In this document: positions 27,067 to 34,272 of the stretch, piece after piece | Layout: the number at the start of each line of letters is the position of its first letter | Position numbering within the stretch: the first letter of the stretch is position 1 | Assembly: GCA_964458365.1 (NCBI GenBank) | Contig: CAYWIN010000001.1 | Coordinates: 1-34,272 of the forward strand | Length of the DNA: 34,272 bases | Reading direction: 5' to 3' | Source of the DNA: an uncultured Propionibacteriaceae bacterium | GTDB taxonomy: Bacteria > Actinomycetota > Actinomycetes > Propionibacteriales > Propionibacteriaceae | Notes under the pieces: generated by a model | Seen by the model: only the letters and a program-made list of their open reading frames with translations | Databases searched by the model: none | What the model was told of the DNA's origin: nothing | Position numbers and translations under genes: made by a program

Positions 27067-27663
27067 ATGAATGATCATCGGCGAGTCCTCGCTGCACTGG
27101 ATGCAGTGCCACGCAAGGACTTCCTGCCCGACGACATTCGCCCTCAGGCGGGCTCGGATCAGCCCCTGGCGATCGGCCATGGCGCAACCTGCTCCCAGCC
27201 TTGGACCGTGCAATTCATGCTGGAGCTTCTCCATGTCGCGCCGGGATCTAAGGTGCTCGACATCGGCAGTGGTTCAGGCTGGACTACTGCATTGCTTGCC
27301 GAGCTCACCGGCGCCCACGGTGCCGTAGTCGGTACCGAAATCGTGCCCGAACTGGTCACATTCGGCCGAAAGAACCTTCCGGATCGATTCCGCTGGGCCC
27401 ACATCGAACAAGCCGATCCGCACACCCTTGGCGTCCCGCTGGGGGAACCATTCGACCGCATCTTGGTGTCTGCCGATGTTGGCGAGATCCCGCCTCTCCT
27501 CGAGGAGCAACTCGCCGTGGGCGGGCGAATGGTCCTTCCCGCTTCGGGGGTGCTGTGGGTGATCGACCGCGAGCACGAAGGGTTACACCGCGAACCGATC
27601 ACCGGCTACCGCTTCAGCTTCGTCCCCTTGGTGCTGAGCCCGACTCACCAAACGTCGCAGTGA
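27067..27663 (+). CDS. pcm: Protein-L-isoaspartate O-methyltransferase
   Basis: VPRKDF, LAIGHGATCSQP, VLDIGSGSGWTTALLA and PFDRILVSA motifs. TAGGCT-N6-ATG leaderless start. Confidence 0.88.
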   Translation: MNDHRRVLAALDAVPRKDFLPDDIRPQAGSDQPLAIGHGATCSQPWTVQFMLELLHVAPGSKVLDIGSGSGWTTALLAELTGAHGAVVGTEIVPELVTFGRKNLPDRFRWAHIEQADPHTLGVPLGEPFDRILVSADVGEIPPLLEEQLAVGGRMVLPASGVLWVIDREHEGLHREPITGYRFSFVPLVLSPTHQTSQ

Positions 27664-27664
27664 T

Positions 27665-29044
27665 TCAGCAGCCGACCAGTCGCGCAGCCAGATAGGACTG
27701 CAGCCCGTCCACCGGAACCCGCTCTTGGCTCATCGAGTCCCGCTCGCGGACGGTGACCGCATGGTCATCCAAAGTGTCGAAATCGACCGTGACGCAGTAG
27801 GGCGTCCCGATCTCATCCTGCCGACGGTAACGACGACCGATGGACTGGGCGTCATCGAACTCAATGTTCCAGTACCTGCGCAGATTGGCCGAGATGTCGC
27901 GGGCGACCGGAGAAAGATCAGCATTCCGCGAAAGCGGCAAGACGGCGACCTTCACCGGGGACAGCCGTGGATCCAGCTTGAGGGACACCCGAGTTTCGGT
28001 GCCTCCCTTAGCGGTGGGAACTTCCTCTTCGGTGTAGGCCTCAACTAAGAAAGCCATCAGCGAACGGGTCAGACCAGCGGCGGGCTCAATCACATAGGGC
28101 AGGTAGCGCTCACCTGTGGCCTGTTCGAACACGCTGAGATCCACCCCCGAATGCTGGGAGTGGGTACCCAAGTCAAAATCGGTGCGGTTGGCGATGCCTT
28201 CCAGTTCACCCCAGCCGTCGCCGCCGGTGAAACCGAAGTTGTATTCAATGTCGACGGTGCGCTTGGAGTAGTGCGAGAGCTTTTCCTTCGGGTGTTCGAA
28301 GTGACGCAGGCTCTCTGGGTTGATGCCCAAGTCGACGTACCAGGAGGTGCGGGCATCGATCCAGTGCTGATGCCATTCTTCGTCGGTGCCGGGTTTGACG
28401 AAGAACTCCATCTCCATCTGCTCGAACTCTCGGGTGCGGAAGATGAAGTTTCCTGGAGTGATCTCGTTGCGGAAGCTCTTCCCAACTTGGCCGATACCGA
28501 AAGGGATCTTTTGCCGGGAGGTGTTCTCAACATTCTTGAAGTTGACGAAGATCCCTTGAGCGGTTTCAGGGCGCAGATAGTGCAGCCCGGATTCGTCTTC
28601 GATGACGCCGAGGTAAGTCTTGAGCATCATGTTGAAGTCGCGCGGTTCGGTGAACTGACCGAGGTTGCCACACTCGGGACAGTTGATTTCGGCCATCGAC
28701 TCCGGAGCGCGACCCTTTTTGAACTCGAAGGCCTCTTCAAGTTGGTCGGAGCGGAAGCGCTTGTGACACTTCAAGCATTCGGTAAGCGGGTCGGAGAACA
28801 CGCCGACATGACCAGATGCCACCCACACTTGCCTGGGCAGAATGATCGAGGAGTCCAGTCCGACGACGTCGTCGCGTCCCTGAACAACCGCGCGCCACCA
28901 CTGACGTTTGATGTTCTCTTTGAGTTCGACGCCGTAGGGCCCGTAGTCCCAGGCTGCCCGAGTGCCGCCGTAAATCTCGCCACAGGGGTATACGAACCCT
29001 CGGCGTTTGGTCAGACTGATCACGTTATCCAGGCGGCTAGCCAT
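27665..29044 (-). CDS. glyQS: Glycine-tRNA ligase (alpha2 type)
   Basis: [45 protein letters not shown] and [14 protein letters not shown] motifs. GAAGGAG RBS. Confidence 0.97.
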   Translation of the reverse strand: MASRLDNVISLTKRRGFVYPCGEIYGGTRAAWDYGPYGVELKENIKRQWWRAVVQGRDDVVGLDSSIILPRQVWVASGHVGVFSDPLTECLKCHKRFRSDQLEEAFEFKKGRAPESMAEINCPECGNLGQFTEPRDFNMMLKTYLGVIEDESGLHYLRPETAQGIFVNFKNVENTSRQKIPFGIGQVGKSFRNEITPGNFIFRTREFEQMEMEFFVKPGTDEEWHQHWIDARTSWYVDLGINPESLRHFEHPKEKLSHYSKRTVDIEYNFGFTGGDGWGELEGIANRTDFDLGTHSQHSGVDLSVFEQATGERYLPYVIEPAAGLTRSLMAFLVEAYTEEEVPTAKGGTETRVSLKLDPRLSPVKVAVLPLSRNADLSPVARDISANLRRYWNIEFDDAQSIGRRYRRQDEIGTPYCVTVDFDTLDDHAVTVRERDSMSQERVPVDGLQSYLAARLVGC

Positions 29045-29178
29045 CGACAATCTCCTTCAACTCGAACTCGCTGCCCGGCTGGCAGCAGCCCGGGCTAGCC
29101 TACCGGGCTCTTCGACCCATCGGGTGAGCGCACGCGATCCCCCACTAGCACGAAAATTGCATCCACGCACCGGATTAG

Positions 29179-29195
29179 TTGATAATGGTTCTCAT
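29179..29195 (+). promoter_or_regulatory. Zur box overlapping the -10 and start of znuA
   Basis: TTGATAATGGTTCTCAT resembles the actinobacterial Zur 7-1-7 palindrome (TGAnAAT-n-ATTnTCA). It heads the znuACB-zur operon. Confidence 0.75.
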
Positions 29196-30144
29196 GAAAA
29201 AGAAGCCTGTTCTCCTGCTGAGCGCGTTGTTGGCCGCGACCGCCCTCGCACTCACCGCCTGCGGTGCACCCGCAAACTCCGCAAGCACCGAGAAGATCAC
29301 CGTGACCGCCTCGGCCTACCCGCTGGCCTACCTGACCGAACGCATCGTCGGAAATGCCGGAACGGTCACGAACCTCACCCCACCAGGTACCGAACCCCAC
29401 GATCTTGAGCTCACCGCACAACAGATTTCGGCGATGGCAGGTACCGATGCGGTGGTCTACATCCCAGGCTTCCAGTCCGCGGTCGACAGCGCGATCGCAG
29501 CAACGCCACCCAAAGCGACCATCGACGTCACCAAGGGAATCTCGATGATCCCGGCCGCAGAGGCCGATGGGGCTGAAGAAGGTGACGCCCACCCCCACGG
29601 GGCAAATGACCCCCACGTCTGGCTGTCGCCGGCGAATATGGTCACGATGGCCCAGACGATTTCTTCACAGCTCAGCACAGCAAAACCGGCTCTCGCTTCA
29701 ACTTTTCAGACCAACGCCAAGGCCTTGATCGCCGACCTTGAAGGCCTGAACCAGGAGTACAAAACCGGCCTGTCCCAATGCCAGCGCAAGCAGTTCATCA
29801 CCAGCCATGCAGCATTCGCCTACTTGGCCCGCGACTACGGCCTGACCCAGATCAGCATCGCTGGCCTGGACCCCACCCAAGAACCCACCGCTGCCCGCAT
29901 TGCCCAGGTGCAGAAGCTGGCCAAGCAGTATGGTGTAACAACAATTTTCTTCGAGACTCTGGTCTCTCCTGTCGTTGCCAAATCCATCGCCGGGGACCTG
30001 GGGATCAAGGCCGCCGTTTTGGACCCGATCGAGGGAATCACCAAAGAATCGGCCGGGTCGAACTACCTCGAAGTCATGAAGGCCAACCTCAAGGCCCTTC
30101 AGGAGGCGAACGGATGCACGACGTCGGCAAGCCCGAACAAGTAG
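29194..30144 (+). CDS. znuA: Zinc ABC transporter substrate-binding lipoprotein
   Basis: Lipobox LTAC, plus EPHDLE, DPHVWLSP, SHAAFAYLA and LDPIEG motifs. Confidence 0.92.
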   Translation: MKKKPVLLLSALLAATALALTACGAPANSASTEKITVTASAYPLAYLTERIVGNAGTVTNLTPPGTEPHDLELTAQQISAMAGTDAVVYIPGFQSAVDSAIAATPPKATIDVTKGISMIPAAEADGAEEGDAHPHGANDPHVWLSPANMVTMAQTISSQLSTAKPALASTFQTNAKALIADLEGLNQEYKTGLSQCQRKQFITSHAAFAYLARDYGLTQISIAGLDPTQEPTAARIAQVQKLAKQYGVTTIFFETLVSPVVAKSIAGDLGIKAAVLDPIEGITKESAGSNYLEVMKANLKALQEANGCTTSASPNK

Positions 30145-30887
30145 TCCTCACCCGGTCCCTCCTGGTTGAACTCGGAGGCTTACCCGTTCTGCGGGACGTC
30201 TCGGTGGACATCAAGGCCGGCGAGCTCACCGCCCTCATGGGCGGGAACGGCTCAGGCAAGACCACATTGATTCGCGCACTGCTCGGCCTGATCCCGCACC
30301 AGCGGGGCCAGGTCGAGCTGTTCGGTACCCCGTCCACCGAATTCCACGATTGGTCGCGCATCGGCTACGTCCCCCAGCGCGGCACCGTCAACATCACCCA
30401 GGCGACGGTGAGGGAAGTCGTTTCCACCGGCCGGCTCTCCACCCGTCGCCCATTTCAGGTAGCCACCGCCAAGGATCACGACCACGTCGCCGCAGCGTTG
30501 GACAACGTCGGACTGAGCGATCGAGCTCGCCAACCCTTCAACCAGTTGTCTGGAGGGCAACAACAGCGGGTACTGATCGCCCGGGCCCTCGCCCATTCGG
30601 CAGACCTTTTGATCTTGGATGAGCCGTTCGCTGGTGTCGACCTCAGCGTCCAGGCCAGCTTGGCCGAACTGATCGGCACCCTCAACGCATCCGGAACGAC
30701 CGTGCTCGTCGTCCTGCACGAGACTGGCGCACTCGCACCACTACTCACCAACTCGATCGTGTTGCGCGAAGGCAGGATCGTCCATACCGGCACTGCACCG
30801 GATTCGTTCGACCACTATCACGAGCGCATCGAAGTGGACCACAGCAGCCACCCCTTACTCAGCGGAATCATCAAGGAGGACCACTGA
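30114..30887 (+). CDS. znuC: Zinc ABC transporter ATP-binding protein
   Basis: GGNGSGKTT, IGYVPQ, LSGGQQQRV and LDEP motifs. AGGAGG RBS before ATG 30114. Confidence 0.92.
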   Translation: MHDVGKPEQVVLTRSLLVELGGLPVLRDVSVDIKAGELTALMGGNGSGKTTLIRALLGLIPHQRGQVELFGTPSTEFHDWSRIGYVPQRGTVNITQATVREVVSTGRLSTRRPFQVATAKDHDHVAAALDNVGLSDRARQPFNQLSGGQQQRVLIARALAHSADLLILDEPFAGVDLSVQASLAELIGTLNASGTTVLVVLHETGALAPLLTNSIVLREGRIVHTGTAPDSFDHYHERIEVDHSSHPLLSGIIKEDH

Positions 30888-31879
30888 TGGAGTGGCTCGG
30901 GCTCGCTTTTATGCAGCGGGCATTGATTGCCGCGTTGCTGGCCGGCGTCACCTCGCCCGCTATCGGCGCCTACATTGTGCAACGCCGCCTCAGCTTGCTC
31001 GGTGACGGCCTGGGCCATGTGGCCATCGCCGGAGTGGGTCTGGCTTTGGCCACCGGCACGGCTCCTTTGCCGATGGCGATCGCGGTATCCATCATCGGCT
31101 CGGTGATCATCGAGCTGCTCAGACAATCAGGGAAGGCCAGCGCGGACGTCGCCATGGCCATCCTCTTCTACGGCGGCCTCGCCACCGGCGTCCTGCTTGC
31201 CGGACTTGCCGGACAAGGCACCGGAACTCTGTCCAACTACCTTTTCGGCTCCTTGCTGACCATCAGCGAGGCTGATCTGGTCCTGATCGCCGCCCTGGCA
31301 TTGACCATTTTGGTCATCACGATCGGGCTCATGCCGCAACTCTTTGCGGTATGCACCGATGAGGATTTCGCCAAAGTTCTGGGACTCAAGGTCCGCTTCT
31401 ACAACCTGCTGATCGTGGTCGCCGCCGCCATCACCGTCACCGTATCGATGCGCACCGTCGGTCTGCTCATGGTGAGCGCATTGATGGTGGTTCCGGTGGC
31501 CACCGCCACGAACCTGTTGAACGGCTTCCGCCGCTCCTTCTTCCTCGCCATGGCCATCGGTGTGGTGGCCGCAATCGGTGGAGTGATCGGCTCGTACTAC
31601 CTCAACGCCCCTCCGGGATCGCTCATTGTGGTCCTCACCATCATCGGATTTGTGGCCAGCTTGCCCGTCGCAACCATCCTTCGACGTCGACACACACCGC
31701 CTCCGGTGATCGAGGTGACTGATCCATCACCATGGCCACATGAGTCTGCCGGACACCACGACGAGCACGACCATGGTCCCGACTGTGGCCATCTAGCGGT
31801 CGCCCACGGTGATCACACCGACTACATTCACGATGGGCACCGGCACGCCCCTCACGGAGATCACTATGACGAACACTGA
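30887..31879 (+). CDS. znuB: Zinc ABC transporter permease with a His-rich C-terminal tail
   Basis: FMQRAL, GDGLGHVA, YLFGS and VGLLMVSALMVVP motifs. TGATG coupling to znuC. Confidence 0.92.
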   Translation: MEWLGLAFMQRALIAALLAGVTSPAIGAYIVQRRLSLLGDGLGHVAIAGVGLALATGTAPLPMAIAVSIIGSVIIELLRQSGKASADVAMAILFYGGLATGVLLAGLAGQGTGTLSNYLFGSLLTISEADLVLIAALALTILVITIGLMPQLFAVCTDEDFAKVLGLKVRFYNLLIVVAAAITVTVSMRTVGLLMVSALMVVPVATATNLLNGFRRSFFLAMAIGVVAAIGGVIGSYYLNAPPGSLIVVLTIIGFVASLPVATILRRRHTPPPVIEVTDPSPWPHESAGHHDEHDHGPDCGHLAVAHGDHTDYIHDGHRHAPHGDHYDEH

Positions 31880-32315
31880 CACCAATGCGCCACGACGCAC
31901 CCGCCAGCGGGCCGCAGTGAGCGCGATCATGGACACCCTCAACGAGTTCCGCACCGCGCAGGAGATCCACAATCAGCTTCGGATCGACGGCCAAACCATC
32001 GGTCTGGCCACGGTCTACCGAACGTTGACCACCATGGCTGATGCTGGAGAAATCGACTGTATCCGTACCCCCGACGGCCAGTCGGCGTACCGTACCTGCC
32101 CGCAATCGCGGGGTCATCATCACCACCTCATCTGCCGCGACTGCGGTCGGGCGGTCGAGATCAATCTGCCCAGCTTGGAGAAATGGGCGCAACAGGTCGC
32201 CGATGACCTGGGATTCACCGACATCGATCACGAACTCGAGCTCTACGGACGATGCGCCGACTGCAGCAAAGCCCTCGGCAGCAGCTACCCGGTCGGATCG
32301 GAGCGATCCAAATAG
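31866..32315 (+). CDS. zur: Zinc uptake regulator (Fur family)
   Basis: RRTRQRAAV, GLATVYRTL, HHHHLICRDCG and LYGRCADC motifs. Last gene of the znu operon. Confidence 0.92.
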   Translation: MTNTDTNAPRRTRQRAAVSAIMDTLNEFRTAQEIHNQLRIDGQTIGLATVYRTLTTMADAGEIDCIRTPDGQSAYRTCPQSRGHHHHLICRDCGRAVEINLPSLEKWAQQVADDLGFTDIDHELELYGRCADCSKALGSSYPVGSERSK

Positions 32316-33040
32316 CGCAACGAGCGCAATCCTCGCTCCAATTGCCAACTCACAAAAGCTGCCACCAATCCGTTGCCGCTACCCACCAGACGTGAGCTGA
32401 CATCACGAGTGGCGACCCAATCCCCGACCATCAGCGCGGCAAGGTAATCCAACACACCGGCCTCAATCAGGGCCGACCCCGGGGGGCGGCAACGGCGGCA
32501 GACCACCCCGCCCATCACCGGAGAAAACGAATCGTGCGGCCCCGGTTCGCCACATTTCGCGCAGTCAACCAAACTGGGCGCGTACCCGGCCAGCGACACC
32601 GCCCGCAACAGGTAGGAGTCCATCACCATGGTGGGCGGACGTACACCGTCGTTGGTTCCCGCGGTCAGCGCCTGGAGGCCGCCCAGAAGCAGTTGGTATT
32701 GCCGCAAGGCTGGCTGCCCCTCCTCGGCTGCCAAACGATCCGCAGTCTCCATCATCACCTGACCAGCGGTGTAACGCTGATAGTCCTGTCCAAGAGGCTC
32801 AGAATAGGGGTGCAGAATGACGGCCTGAGTAACGACGTCGAGAGTGCGTCCGGTGGCCAGTTGCAGATCGACGTGAGTAAAAGGTTCCAGCCGAGCACCG
32901 AACTTCGAGGACGTCCGGCGCACCCCTTTTGCGACAGCCCGAAGCTTCCCATGACTGCGGGTCAGCAATGTGACAATGCGGTCGGCCTCACCCAGCTTGT
33001 GGGTGCGCAGCACAACGGCTTCGTCACGATAGGTCGGCAT
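32285..33040 (-). CDS. recO: DNA repair protein RecO
   Basis: MPTYRDEAVVLRTHKLGEADRI, AKGVRRTSSKFGARLEPF, and zinc finger CAKC..CRRC. Confidence 0.96.
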   Translation of the reverse strand: MPTYRDEAVVLRTHKLGEADRIVTLLTRSHGKLRAVAKGVRRTSSKFGARLEPFTHVDLQLATGRTLDVVTQAVILHPYSEPLGQDYQRYTAGQVMMETADRLAAEEGQPALRQYQLLLGGLQALTAGTNDGVRPPTMVMDSYLLRAVSLAGYAPSLVDCAKCGEPGPHDSFSPVMGGVVCRRCRPPGSALIEAGVLDYLAALMVGDWVATRDVSSRLVGSGNGLVAAFVSWQLERGLRSLRYLDRSDPTG

Positions 33041-33205
33041 CTTCCTATTGTGACCCCCCACCGCGCCTTTGCTCCCAGGGCGCACCCGGGTTGCCGGGCG
33101 GGTCAAGCTGTTTACCGCATCGACGCGACGGGCGACACCGGCGTCCGATCACATTCTGGTGTCACCCCCTCCCCGAGGAACCGCTTCGGGCATTAGGCTG
33201 CGGGG

Positions 33206-34147
33206 ATGAAGCGCCTCGCGTCGTTGCGGGTTTCTCCGCTGTGTCTCGGCGGCAATGTTTTCGGCTGGACAGCCGATCGCGATGCCTCCGAGCAAATCCT
33301 TGATGCTTTCGTCGCTGGTGGCGGCAACTTTATTGACACCGCCGACATGTACTCCGCCTGGGTGCCTGGCCATCCCGGTGGCGAATCCGAACGGGTTATC
33401 GGGGGATGGCTGCAAAAGCGTGGTGGCCACCACGGTCTAGTGATCGCGACCAAAGTGGCGAAGCACCCTCAACACCGCGGGTTGCGTCCCTCAAACCTGC
33501 ATATCTGCCTCGATGGTTCGAAGCGTCGCCTGGGCATCGACACTATTGACTTGTACTACGCCCATGAGGACGATCCGTCCGTTCCCATCGCCGAGTGGGT
33601 GGGCGCATTTAGCCAAATGATTACCGAGGGTTCGATTCGGCACTATGGACTGTCGAACTTCAGCGCTGAGCGCACCGCCGAAGTGCTGGCCGTCGCCGAA
33701 GCTGAAGGTCTCGCTAAACCCGTCGCACTCCAACCTGAGTACAACCTCCTGCACCGCAGCGCAGTGGAACGCGATGGACTGGCCGAGCTTGCGCATCAGC
33801 ATGGGCTGGCATTGGTGCCCTACTACGGGCTGGCGTCGGGCTTGCTGACCGGCAAGTATCGCGAAGGCGACCCGATCAAAGGCGCCCGCGCGACCCGGAT
33901 CAAACATCTGGCGACGCCGGAGGCCTTTGCGGTCGTCGATGAACTCATCGACATTGCCGACGAGCTGGGCGTCGAACCCGCGTCGGTCGCACTGGCATGG
34001 CTCGCCGCACGGCCCGAAGTCGTGGCACCGATCGCCAGCGCCAGCGATCCCGAACAAGTGCCGCCCCTCTTGGCCGCGATGGAACTGAAACTCAACCGCA
34101 GCCAGATCAGCAGACTGAAGCGAGCGTCCGCCCCCTTTGCGGCCTGA
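33206..34147 (+). CDS. Aldo/keto reductase
   Basis: LGGNVFGW, NFIDTADMY, IATKV, IDLYYAH, GLSN and YYGLASGLLTGKY motifs. Confidence 0.95.
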   Translation: MKRLASLRVSPLCLGGNVFGWTADRDASEQILDAFVAGGGNFIDTADMYSAWVPGHPGGESERVIGGWLQKRGGHHGLVIATKVAKHPQHRGLRPSNLHICLDGSKRRLGIDTIDLYYAHEDDPSVPIAEWVGAFSQMITEGSIRHYGLSNFSAERTAEVLAVAEAEGLAKPVALQPEYNLLHRSAVERDGLAELAHQHGLALVPYYGLASGLLTGKYREGDPIKGARATRIKHLATPEAFAVVDELIDIADELGVEPASVALAWLAARPEVVAPIASASDPEQVPPLLAAMELKLNRSQISRLKRASAPFAA

Positions 34148-34272
34148 TCAAACCGAGAAACGAGCTTGCCAGGCAGCACCATGGTGAGCTCCCGATACCC
34201 TGGACGCGTGCCAAAAAAGACACCGCCTCGACCGCCAGCTCCCCACCCCAGCGGTGCCCGTCCGCCCCAGCT

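Noticed and set aside
3708-29098. Long antisense ORFs (e.g. 3708-4652, 6744-7592, 8643-9644, 23820-24578, 28151-29098)
   Set aside because: These are shadow frames opposite well-supported genes, expected in high-GC DNA, with no recognisable motifs.
29778-30113. N-terminal extension of znuC in the ORF track
   Set aside because: It lies within znuA in another frame, and a strong AGGAGG precedes ATG 30114.
34148-34272. Partial CDS at the right edge
   Set aside because: Minus-strand frames are open but too short and show no recognisable motif.
1-34272. CRISPR array, tRNA, rRNA, IS element or prophage
   Set aside because: No regularly spaced repeats, cloverleaf or rRNA signatures, transposase, integrase or phage genes were seen.

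Overview
High-GC actinobacterial chromosome segment. Gene order and content suggest a Propionibacteriales-like organism (inference only). The right half is largely a core block: divergent sigma-70, dnaG, dgt, dusB, pcm, glyQS, znuACB-zur, recO and an aldo/keto reductase, preceded by LysR/MFS and an ABC transporter. The left half is accessory. It holds a PadR/ABC1-kinase pair, two tandem paralogous secreted proteins sharing a 240-bp near-identical cassette, an anaerobe-type iorA-iorB-paaK-ACT-NifX-like cluster, and an orphan Flp-type pilin followed by two secreted S8 subtilases. The larger subtilase has about 630 aa of Ig-like repeats inserted between its catalytic Asp and His. All four secreted proteins end in the same basic ~85-aa beta-rich module with no LPXTG or transmembrane anchor, which is a candidate surface-display or retention system. 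No rRNA, tRNA, CRISPR or transposase was recognised. Several starts were moved from the ORF track using RBS or leaderless-promoter evidence.
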